53,593 nucleotides of DNA, from positions 71,517,622-71,571,214 of the forward strand of contig NC_068983.1 in NCBI RefSeq assembly GCF_001194135.2, in the 5' to 3' direction. The notes under the pieces are model-generated. The model made no database searches and had not been told where the DNA came from. It worked only from the letters and a program-made list of their open reading frames with translations. Position 1 is the first letter of the stretch. The number at the start of each line of letters is the position of its first letter. Position numbers and translations under genes: made by a program. This stretch comes from Octopus bimaculoides (lineage: Eukaryota). This document shows positions 12,774 to 23,850 of the stretch, piece by piece.

Positions 12774-12891
12774 TAACTACTACGCTATATGCCCACGGGC
12801 TAAGAGCGCGGGCTACTAACCCCAAGATTCCGAGTTCGATTCCAGGCAGTGACCATAATAATAATAATAATAATAATAATANNNNNNNNNN

Positions 12892-12926
<35 letters not shown>

Positions 12927-13095
12927 TCGAAAAATACCTTGGGAATGAGAACCCAGGTTCAAAATTTCCCCAAGACGCCTGATGAAGGCTGAGGGATATA
13001 TCAGCCGAAACGTTGTGTTAGCAACGAACAATATCCGTCAAATGTAAATAATGTAAATAATGTACATAATTCCTCATCTCTTAAATATAGAACTG
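12774..13095 (+). mobile_element. tRNA-headed, hammerhead-containing element, copy 2 (head-to-head with copy 1; first ~26 nt inverted)
   Basis: Same modules in the opposite orientation; a 10-N gap lies inside its (AAT)n. Confidence 0.85.
12974..13019 (+). ncRNA. Minimal type I hammerhead ribozyme motif
   Basis: GACGC-CUGAUGA-A-[GGCUGA GGGAUAUA UCAGCC]-GAAAC-GUU^-GUGUU. Stem I has 5 bp, stem II is a perfect 6 bp, and stem III is the loopless palindrome ACGU. Confidence 0.7.
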
Positions 13096-13115
13096 TATTA
13101 TTATTATTATTATTA

Positions 13116-13179
<64 letters not shown>

Positions 13180-13270
13180 CATCATTATTATTATCATTGT
13201 TGGTGTTGGTGTTGTTGTTGTTGTTGTTGTTATCATCATCATCATTATCACTATCATCATCATCATCACC
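13096..13270. repeat. Compound (TAT)/(TGT)/(CAT)n microsatellite
   Basis: Simple repeats. Confidence 0.95.
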
Positions 13271-13279
13271 AATATTTTT

Positions 13280-13706
13280 GGCAATATCGTTAGAATATTT
13301 TACTGTTTTTACTTCTGGTTCTTCACATTTTCAGTTCAAATCCCGCCGAGGCTAACTTCGCTTTTCATTCTTTCGGGGTCGAAAATATATGTACCAGTGA
13401 AAGAATGGCGTCGAAGGAATCGACTAAACTCCCACCCCCACTGAAAATGTTTGCTCTTGTACTTTAATCTAAATGCATAAAACGGCGGATTCGCAGATTC
13501 GTTAGGACATCAGAAAATAAGTCTTGTAATATTTCTTCCTAAGGTATTGCGTACTAATTTCAAGTGCCGTCGAGGTCTTCTTTACCTTTCATCATTTCGG
13601 GGTCGATAAAATAAGTAAATAAGTACCAGTCAAGCACTTGAGTTGATATAATCAAACTCTCACTCCCCTCAAAATTACTGGCTTTGTACTAAATTTAGGA
13701 AGACTT
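13280..13706 (+). mobile_element. Two tandem diverged SINE family A copies
   Basis: Family motifs at ~13280-13470 and ~13486-13706. Confidence 0.75.
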
Positions 13707-13954
13707 GTCATTACTATTACTGACACATTACATTAGATATAGTGTTTCATATATACTAGATATGTTAGTAAGAGAATGAGATATGTCAAAATCTTAAGTA
13801 TTTTATTTATATCACATCAAATCATGTTAGATGGCATGGAATGTAAAAGCAAGTTGTATTAAAAATTATAATCTGAAAACCGATTTTAATGTGTGTGTTT
13901 TAACGATTTTAAGGTAGGTGTTTAAATTAGATCTTTCATCTTTTGTCCTTTACT

Positions 13955-14390
13955 TCCATCGGTCATTGGACTGCGGCCATGCTAAAGTACTACCTTCAAG
14001 GTTTAGTCTAGCAAATTGAACTAGTCCTTTTTGAAGCCTGGTACTATTCTATCGACCTTTTTTCTCAAACCACTAAGTAGCGGTGACGTAAGCAAATTAA
14101 CACCGGTTGTCAAGTAGTGGTGGGACAAAAGTAAACACAAAGACACACACACATACATGCATACTTATGCGCAAACACACACACTCACTCACATACATAT
14201 ATGTGTGTGATTGTGTGTGTGTGTATTCAACGGTCTTCTTTCAATTTCCGTCTACCCACAGGGCTTCGGTCGGCTCGAGACTAGAGTAGAAGTCTCATAT
14301 CGAAGGCCGCACAAGGAGACTGAACCTAAAAACACGAGCACGAGATTGAAAAGCAAGTTTCTAAAGCACACCTCAAGGCTTACGCCTATA
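13955..14390 (-). mobile_element. SINE family B copy. Further minus-strand fragments lie at ~18030-18110, 22385-22530, 33655-33790 and 35090-35230
   Basis: Reverse complement of the family B tail (GGTCATTGGACTGCGGCCATGCT) and core (CTTTCAATTTCCGTCTACC). Confidence 0.75.
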
Positions 14391-14780
14391 ATATGCTGTA
14401 TTTGCTTGCTCAGCGAACTGTTTGCCTTCAGGTAGAAATTTCAGAGACTCTAGTCCAAAACAATCATCTATATTTATAAGATGTGAAGAAAATTTGAAAC
14501 TGACGAAATTTTAAAAGAATATATCTATAGTACTACTTGAATATATCACTTGAATTATATTTTGTTATATATCGTATGACAGTGTTTCTGACCCCGGTTT
14601 CCCAAAGTTAAACACGAAATCACTCAAAATAATTTTTGTTTAGTCATTTATATACTTAATTCTATATTTCAAGGGTTCAGCGAGATTAAAATGACTGAAA
14701 ACGCTGGTATATTACAGTAGATATTACTACACAATGTTATATTATGTATGTTATATCATTTTATATTATATATTATAAAT

Positions 14781-14970
14781 ATGGTGACAAGCTGGCAGAA
14801 TCGTTAGTTCGCTGGACAACATGCTTAGCAACATTTCGTCCGAGTTCAAATTCTGCTATAGTCGACATTTTTCATCCTTTCAGGGTCGCTAAAATAACTA
14901 CTATTTGCGCACTGGGGTCGATGTAATCGATTTAGTCCTCTCCCCGAAAAGTGCGAAAATTTGAAATCAA
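14781..14970 (+). mobile_element. SINE family A copy
   Basis: GGTGACAAGCTGGCAGAATCGTTAG..GAGTTCAAATTC..CATCCTTTCAGGGTCG..TTTGAAATC. Confidence 0.8.
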
Positions 14971-17227
14971 TATTATATATCATATAACATTATAACACAT
15001 ATTATGCAATATATATTTTATGCACGACACAATACTATTCACAAGAACTGAAATAAATCTAAATGTCTGGTTGTGAGAGAAATATCTAGAATGCAAATAC
15101 ATTCTTTCAATGCATGTGATATGCGACAAAACGAGGTGCAGGGTCTGTCAGATGTTTTTAAAAGTCTGTTGATTGCTCTTAAGAGAAGATATATCCGCTT
15201 CCTATCCCCAATCAATATCATACAATATTCAGTCCCTATGTAAGTTAATTATAGATTAGACTATCACCGTAATAGACAGCTGAATTTGCATATTGTGATT
15301 TTGAAGGTTAGTCATCAATTAAATAATGTATATTTTATCCACAGCATGATGACTGAACAGGATTGAAAAATATTTTCATATTAGAAAGCCTGGCTGTGAG
15401 AGAAATATTTAGAATGTAAACTCATTCCTTCTATGCTTTATATATGCGGCGAAAAGAGTGGAAAGTCTCCTGATGGATCCTTTCACGGTTTGTTGACAGC
15501 TTCTCAGAGAAAATGTACTATATTAATTGATATATTTTATTGCATTATATATTATATATCATCATATGTTCATGTATATTATATATCATGATATGATCAT
15601 ATATACATTATATATTACCATATAATCATATATATTTTATATTATCAAACATATTATGTAATGTTAAATTTATTACACGATATTATTTCACATTAGATTA
15701 TACTAAACGATAATTCTTCTATCAGTCGTACCCAACCACGCCCGGGCTTATTAACTCTAATCATTAAATATAATATTCAATATATTTTGAATAGATTTGT
15801 TCAATAAAATGTTGGTTGTCTTCAGTTGGTCAGGGAATATTGGTTCACTCAGAATCGTCGCAATTTCAGAACATGGTTCAAACTGAGATTCATAAAAATG
15901 ATCCAAAGAAATGTACAAACAATTATAGAATCAAAAATAAAATTTTTTCTTACTTTTTTTTTAATTTCTGGTAAAACATGCTCCTTATACATAATTAGTA
16001 TAAATTTTTATTATTTTTCTAAACAATATATTTTTCCAGTGACTATTGCAGTGCTCTGGGATTTTTTTTTCTTTTTTTTTTTTTCTTGGGAAATGACAAA
16101 TACGAATTTCAGAAAAATTATGTTACCCTATTCAATGTTTCACCATCCTAGTTGCAACATTGTGCCCTACAACTTAAAATACACATGAATATATTCCCTT
16201 TTGTGTATTAAGATTATTTCATATTGTGTTACCTTATAATACATTACATATTATACAAAAATGTTTTATATCATCTGATATTGTATAAGATTCCATTGTA
16301 TAAGATTACATTGTTATATATATATTACATACTATATCATATTGTGCTAGTTTATATAATATTTTATTTCAATACTTTATTATATGACATCATAGATAAT
16401 ATTATACTACATTATATATCTTTTTATGCTTTGTTATATTATCTATTATCATACGACATTGGATTATGCAGAGGCATGATGTTTGAATAAATACAATATT
16501 GGATTACCTACTGATAGGTCATGAGTTCAAAACCGCTGCAGGTATTTTATTGACTTTCTAAACAGAACATTTTATTCTATAGTGCTTTAGTTCACCTACT
16601 TGCTAGGAATAGGTATCAGATCTTCTAAGAATATTATTTGATATATATACACCAGTATTTTAACATGTGAGAGAATCATTAAGCTAGAAGTAATTCCCTG
16701 CAGTTTGTAGCACTTCAGTTTTAGGATGTAACATACTGTATTATATTTCATTGTAATATAATATATCTGTTCAATTCATTGGACAATGGTATATTATATC
16801 ATAACAGCACATGATATAATGTTAGTTCAAAATTATTTAAAACTATATTTCATTGCATTCGGTTAGCATTAAACTATGCTATAAAATAGTATAATTTAGT
16901 GCTAACCGAAGCGGTGGTTTGGGAGAATGGTTCGAATGTCATTAAGAAAATTGCCCTAAGGCAATTGTACCAATTCTTTACATTCTGCGTTCAAATCTCG
17001 TCCACATCGTCTTTACCTTTCATTTCTTTGAATTCAACAACATAAGGTACCAATCAATTACTGGGATCGATATATCAATCATTCCCTTCCCCAAAATTTC
17101 AGGCGCTAGGTTGATATTAGAAGCAATATTATTCCATCCTGATCATTGTCATATTGTCCTGTAACATATTTAACTTTTTATATCATTTATTACTTTTTCT
17201 TTTTTTGTAATAATTTTAATCCAAGTC

Positions 17228-17414
17228 GGTGAGCTGGCAAAATCGGTAGCACACCGAGCAGAATGCCTAGCATTATTTCGTCCGTCTTCATGTTCCGAGT
17301 TCAAATTCCGCCGAGCTCAACTTTGCTTTTCATCCTTTCGGGGTCGATAAATTAAATAATGGTTGAGCATTGAGGGTCGGTATAATCCTGCCTTGTGCCA
17401 AAATTTGAAACCAA
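17228..17414 (+). mobile_element. SINE family A copy (a more decayed copy lies at ~16960-17120)
   Basis: GGTGAGCTGGCAAAATCGGTAGC..GAGTTCAAATTCCGCCGAG..CCTTGTGCCAAAATTTGAAACC. Confidence 0.8.
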
Positions 17415-18526
17415 TAGTTATTAATTTAATTAGTTTATTAAACATGACATCATTATATTATGTTATTCTATTAATATGATTTGGTCATCCATGTCATAAA
17501 CAAATTCCACCCTATTATACTGATTTTATTTTCAACTGTTATTACATCGTGAATAATAATTACAAAATGTCATACCACTTTGAATTTTTATGACATCATA
17601 AATATATTCCATTTCATATAAACCATCATGATGAATTCCATGCTTAAAGTATTGGTCTACTGAAAATTGACAGGCTCTTACAACTGTCGTGTTACGTTCA
17701 TAGAGCAAAGTTCATTTTTCAATCGCTTCATTTTTACAGTCTGGTATATTACAGGTATAATACAGGTCTAAATCGTTACTTCACAGTTAAGGTGTTATAA
17801 GTAAATACATAACATAGTTGATAGGTTATCCATCTCTAAAACCTATTGCTCCTATCATGACCATTTCACCCATGCAAACATGCAAAGATAGGTGTAAAAC
17901 AGAATAAATATTTGACAACGACATCATACAAGAATTATTTTAGCCGTTTAAGAAAACACTGGAACATTTAAAATTACTTTCGATTATTACTTTAGAGTAA
18001 TTTTTGCTATGTTTTTATTAATTTTATTAGTTTCCCTTCATGGGTTACTGTCATACTCGAACACCGCCTTCAAGAGTTAGTCGATTACATCAAATCACAT
18101 TATACCACTGAATTCTATGTTGAACAATTAAATTACATGTTTTTTTTTTTTAATAAATACATGATTTGAAACTTGGTGGTGTAACATTGATTCCACTACC
18201 TGACTTGTAGTGTATTTTATTGACCCCGGAAAAATGAAGACCAAGGTTTACCCAGCCCCGGTGGGATTTGAATACAGAATGTAGAGTGCATATGTGTATA
18301 TATACAAGAAGTTTCGCTAAGGAGGCGCAAACTAATAGGTATGCACCCAGAATGCTCAATTTATTATGCCACTAAAATTCCGGTTTGAACTGCAGTTGAA
18401 CATGTGATAGTGTAACTGCCTTTCTGAAGCGCCTAGAAGTGGCTTCCCTTTGAACGGGTAGGTATAGATTAAAACGAAAATGAAAACAGTTTGGCAAGAC
18501 TCAACAAAAACATTTAATTTATCTAT

Positions 18527-18817
18527 CAACTCAACTCAGCTGGCATTCCATCGGTTATGACGACGAAGATTCCAGTTGATCCGATCAGCGGAACAGCTTT
18601 CTCGTGTAGCCCTTAACATACCTCTCAGGGAGATTCAGCGTGACAGAGAATGTGACAAGTTCGGCCCTTTGATTTACAGGGACAATTCATTTTTGCCAGC
18701 TGAGTGAACTGGAACAACGTGAAATAAAGTGTCTTGCTCCAGAACACAAGCCGTCGCCGGAAATCGAACTCACGATCATGAGCCGATTACCCTAACGACT
18801 AAGCGACGTGCCGTCAC
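18527..18817 (-). mobile_element. SINE family D (CORE/Meta-like body, 3' tail shared with family C)
   Basis: TTCCAGTTGATCCGATCA(G/A)CGGAACAGC tail as in 46894-47282, but a different body (GTGTTCTGGAGCAAGACACTTTATTTCACG); degenerate TSD 13/15 at 18512-18526 and 18818-18832. Confidence 0.8.
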
Positions 18818-18911
18818 AATTAATTTAACTATGAAATAATAGAATTTAGTTATATAGTAATAAAGCTATATAATAATAAATGTATCCCTTTTTATTATTG
18901 CTTAACTAAAA

Positions 18912-19340
18912 TGGTGGCGAGATAGCAGAACCGTTACCACGCCGGGCAAAATGCTTAGTGGCACTTCGTCCGTCTTTACGTTCTAAGTTCAAATTCCACC
19001 GAGATCGACTTTGCCTTTTATCCTTTCAGGATCGATAAATTAAGTACCAGTGATACACTGGGGTCGATGAAATCGACTGGTTTCCTCCCCCAAAATTGCA
19101 GGCCTTGTGCCTTTAGTAGAAAGAATCATTATATAGATTTCAAATTTTGGCACAAGACCAGCAATTTCGAGGAAGCGGGTAAGTCGACTACGACTCTAGT
19201 ATACAACTGGTACTTATTTTATCGATCCCGAAACGATGAAAGATAAAGTCACCCTGGGTAGAATTTGAACTCAGAACGTAAACACGGACGAAATAACGCG
19301 AAGTATTTTGCCAGGCGTGCTAACGGTTTTGCCAGTATGC
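18912..19340. mobile_element. Tail-to-tail inverted pair of SINE family A (+ 18912-19128, - 19136-19340)
   Basis: Two near full-length copies in opposite orientation, separated by a few bases; they carry different 3' tail variants. Confidence 0.88.
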
Positions 19341-19481
19341 TGCGTTGTGACAGGAAAAGATTATTATATAGCTAAATTAAATGTCCTTATCAAGTTTTGC
19401 CAAACCGTTAGCCTTTTCATTTCTGTCTTAATCTATATATATATAGGACAATCAGTAAGTTGTCATAATGATACTCAGACT

Positions 19482-20272
19482 TTCAAATACCGGAGTAGAA
19501 AGCTTCTAGCATTTTTCATCAGTTATTTAGACAAGAACGCTATGAAAATAACCGTTGAAGAAAGGGTAGTTACTCTAATATGCGTGGGAAAAATATAAGT
19601 AAAAGATAATAAAATATAAAATATATAAAAAATTATAAAAATACAGGCAACAACATACTCATAAAGATGTATGAATACACATATATTTACATACATATGC
19701 ACACACTCGCATGTACAAATGTACACACACACACATACGTATATATATGCATACTCAACATCATCCTCGCATAGATATATGCCTACATTTATATATAGAC
19801 ATATATACAAATGAAAATACAAACATAAAACTTATACATATATGTACACTCGTACAGGTATATATTCACACTCGCCACAAACATGAACATACATATATAT
19901 GAATATGTATAGAGGTGCATATATATACATATACACCCTCCCATCTGTCAGCACACCTACAACTTCAGATATATAAGCGTATATGCATACATATATGTAT
20001 AAAGGAGGGAGACATGTGCATGACAGCCACTCTTATGCAACACATGCAGTCTTATACTCGTATATATACATACATTCGTACACTATATACACATGCACAC
20101 ACATACACATTTAATATATGCTTATACATACAAATACTACACGCGTATATAGTCACACAATTAAGAAAGGGGGGGTGAAAAATATATGTACAAAAAATAT
20201 ATATAAAGCAAAAAAAAAGGGTAAGACACATGAAGGGCTTGTACATGGACATAATAAAAAAAGCAGGTTCTA
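19482..20272. repeat. Left arm of a large inverted repeat around the Penelope fragment
   Basis: Reverse complement of 20780-21807, e.g. TTCAAATACCGGAGTAGAAAGCTTCTAG vs CTAGAAGCTTTCTGCTCCCAGTATTTGAA, and the inner ends AGCAGGTTCTA/TAGAACCTGCT. Confidence 0.92.
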
Positions 20273-20779
20273 TCTGTGATCTTAGGGGACCCAAAAACGT
20301 AACAATTATTTTGTCATATGTGGACATGATCCAAAAAGTTCAATCCTTGAATTTAGACATGTAGCAGGGTCTAAAGAACTTTTTCTGAGAAGCCATCTTT
20401 CCATATCGCAAAGACCACACTTTCCACTGCCATTGGTGTAAGATTTACACTTGGCCAAGACCTTCCAGTGAATCTTTTAAGGACCATATATAACTGGTCG
20501 TTTTTCTTTTATCCCAGTGCCTGAAGCTTAAGGTGTGATTATTGAACCTAGCTTTAATATGTCCCTCAGTGAGACCACATATTTCTTTGACGAAACTGTG
20601 TCCTTAGCGGTCGTAGAATCTACGGTGGCTTCATAAATGATGGTTTCGGTCATGCAAGCTTCATTTAGCGGGCACGAGTTTTTATCTCTGCAGGAACAGC
20701 CGGCTTCATGTTGTTGTTTTTGTGTGTTGTGTGCAATTATATTTAAATTTTTTTTAAATTTTAGTTCAACCACAAATTT
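20273..20779 (-). mobile_element. Penelope-like element C-terminal fragment (Zn linker + GIY-YIG endonuclease)
   Basis: NIIAHN..CSCRDKNSCPLNEACMTETIIYEATV..KKYVGLTEGH.KARFNNH..SFRH..SYIWSLKD..CGLC..LNSRIELFGSCPH; frameshifted. Confidence 0.85.
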
Positions 20780-21065
20780 TAGAACCTGCTTTTTTTATTA
20801 TGTCCATGTACAAGCCTTTCATATGTCTTAACATTTTTTACTGCTTGATATATATTTTTTGTATATATATCTTTTCATTTTTCCCCTTTTTTCAACTGTG
20901 TGACTATATACGCGTGTAGTATTTGTATGTATAAGCATATATTAAATGTGTATGTGTGTGCATGTGTATATATATGTACGAATGTATGTATACATACGAG
21001 TGTAAGACTGTATCCGTTGCATAAGAGTGACTGTCATGCATCATGTCTCCCTCCTTCATACATAC

Positions 21066-21128
<63 letters not shown>

Positions 21129-21807
21129 CGCTTGTATATCTGCAGTTGTAGGTGTGTTGACAGATGGCAGGGTGTGTATATATATATATATTTGAAGGTT
21201 TGGAGGTGATGTACAGAAATTATATAGAAAAAAATTAAGGTACTCAGAAATCTGGATGTTTGTACATTTACAGATTTTTATTAATGTCACATATTAAATA
21301 AAGCGCTTTTCACCTAGTCGTGTAGGATTTTCAAAATAAATATGCACCTCTATACATATGCGTATATGTATATTCGTGTTTGCGGCGAGTGTGAATATAT
21401 ACCTGTACATGTGTACATATACGTATACGTTTTATGTTTGCGTGTGTATTTTCATTTGTAGAAATGTCTATATATAAATGTAGGCATATATCTATGCGAG
21501 GATGATGTTGAGTATGCATATATACGTATGTGTGTGTGTACATCTGTTCATATATATGCATATGCGTGTGAATGTATATACGCGTGGGTGTATATGTATG
21601 TATATGTATATTTATACATCTTTATGAGTATGTGGTTGCGAGTATTTTTATAATTTTTTATATATTTCATATTCTATTATCTTTTACTTTTATTTTCCAC
21701 GCCTATTAGAGTAACTTCTCTTTCTTCAACGGTTTTTTTTTTCATAGCGTTCATGTCTTAATAACTGATGAAAAATGCCTAGAAGCTTTCTGCTCCCAGT
21801 ATTTGAA
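20780..21807. repeat. Right arm of the inverted repeat (extra ~145-bp segment at ~21190-21335 and an expanded (TG)n)
   Basis: Collinear inverted similarity with 19482-20272 over unique, non-microsatellite segments. Confidence 0.92.
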
Positions 21808-21809
21808 CG

Positions 21810-22215
21810 TAGCTGCGTGCTAAGAAGCTTGCTTCTGAACTACCTGGTTCTGGGTTCAAACCCACTGTGTGTCACCTTGGGCAATTGTCTTCTACTGTAC
21901 CCTCGGACCGACCAGAGCCTTGTGAGAGGAGTTGGTAGACGGAAACTGAAAGAAATCCGTCGTATATGTGTACATGTATATATTTATGTGCGTGTGTGTG
22001 TGTGTGTGTGTGCGTGTCTGTGTCTGTATTTGTCCCCCCGCCATCATTTGCTATAAGATGCTGGTGTGTTTACGTCCCCAAAATATAGCAGTTCGGCAAA
22101 AGAGGCTGATAGAAAAAGTACTAGGCTCACAAATAATAAGTCCTGGGATCGATTTCTTTGATTAAAGATAGTGCTCCAGCATGGCTGCAGTCAAATGACT
22201 GAAACAAGTAAAAGA
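21810..22215 (+). mobile_element. SINE family B, near full length
   Basis: Same head, CACCTTGGGCAA core, internal TG repeats and GTGCTCCAGCATGGCTGCAGTCAAATGACTGAAAC tail. Confidence 0.85.
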
Positions 22216-22960
22216 ATATATGAATGTATGTATGCACGTAAAGAGAGAGAAGGGGTAAGAGAGGTTTTGAAACCGTTGGGAGCATAAAGACAGACATATG
22301 CAAGTATTTCTGAGCATGTGGTTGTATCTGGGTGGGGGGCTGCCTCTATGTGTGTTTGTGTATGTGTGTGTGTGTGTGTGTGTTTAAGCAGTCTTCTATA
22401 CCGGTTTCATCTACCATGTTCCACTCTAACCTGAGATTATAGCAGATGACATTTGCCAAATGTGGATCGAACGCAGAACCACGTAGTTGTAAAACAAATG
22501 TCTTAATACCCAGTTATGCCTACGCCTATCTACTACAATGTGTCAATAACAGTTTGTCGCTCTCTCCAGCCTGGTCAGTGTTACACTCCTACGGAGATTC
22601 TATGCAACTATGACAGTAGCTATTCCACATATATTCGAACGAAATCTTGTCATTATAGCAAAATATACTAGAATATTAGAAAATAACTGAAAAGTGAATA
22701 TAGCATTTTTTGTTTTCTTAAATAGCTAAACTACAACAATTCATGACCTTTCGGTAGGTAATCTACTGTCTCAGACCATAATCTATCTCAACTCAACTAT
22801 CGAGACGTATTTTGTATTTCCACCCGCCAATATTCATAATTTTTCAGCAATATGCTCAAAGTTAGTTAAACTAACTCTGATACTCTTCTTCAAATTTGAT
22901 CTGGTGACTAATAAATTATTGTATATAATAGGAATTATATTTGGAATATATATATATATA

Positions 22961-23850
22961 NNNNNNNNNNNNNNNNNNNNNNNNNNNNNNNNNNNNNNNN
23001 NNNNNNNNNNNNNNNNNNNNNNNNNNNNNNNNNNNNNNNNNNNNNNNNNNNNNNNNNNNNNNNNNNNNNNNNNNNNNNNNNNNNNNNNNNNNNNNNNNNN
23101 NNNNNNNNNNNNNNNNNNNNNNNNNNNNNNNNNNNNNNNNNNNNNNNNNNNNNNNNNNNNNNNNNNNNNNNNNNNNNNNNNNNNNNNNNNNNNNNNNNNN
23201 NNNNNNNNNNNNNNNNNNNNNNNNNNNNNNNNNNNNNNNNNNNNNNNNNNNNNNNNNNNNNNNNNNNNNNNNNNNNNNNNNNNNNNNNNNNNNNNNNNNN
23301 NNNNNNNNNNNNNNNNNNNNNNNNNNNNNNNNNNNNNNNNNNNNNNNNNNNNNNNNNNNNNNNNNNNNNNNNNNNNNNNNNNNNNNNNNNNNNNNNNNNN
23401 NNNNNNNNNNNNNNNNNNNNNNNNNNNNNNNNNNNNNNNNNNNNNNNNNNNNNNNNNNNNNNNNNNNNNNNNNNNNNNNNNNNNNNNNNNNNNNNNNNNN
23501 NNNNNNNNNNNNNNNNNNNNNNNNNNNNNNNNNNNNNNNNNNNNNNNNNNNNNNNNNNNNNNNNNNNNNNNNNNNNNNNNNNNNNNNNNNNNNNNNNNNN
23601 NNNNNNNNNNNNNNNNNNNNNNNNNNNNNNNNNNNNNNNNNNNNNNNNNNNNNNNNNNNNNNNNNNNNNNNNNNNNNNNNNNNNNNNNNNNNNNNNNNNN
23701 NNNNNNNNNNNNNNNNNNNNNNNNNNNNNNNNNNNNNNNNNNNNNNNNNNNNNNNNNNNNNNNNNNNNNNNNNNNNNNNNNNNNNNNNNNNNNNNNNNNN
23801 NNNNNNNNNNNNNNNNNNNNNNNNNNNNNNNNNNNNNNNNNNNNNNNNNN
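22961..23850. other. Assembly gap (890 N). Other gaps: 11154-11163, 12882-12891, 37559-37919, 44328-44423
   Basis: N runs, mostly bordered by microsatellites. Confidence 1.

Noticed and set aside
12800-12855. Possible tRNA gene (and other tRNA-like heads)
   Set aside because: No complete cloverleaf or acceptor stem; these are SINE-type heads.
15826-16188. 120-aa plus ORF with a possible 68-69-nt intron and a hydrophobic stretch
   Set aside because: The hydrophobicity comes from T-runs; no motif; the splice donor is weak.
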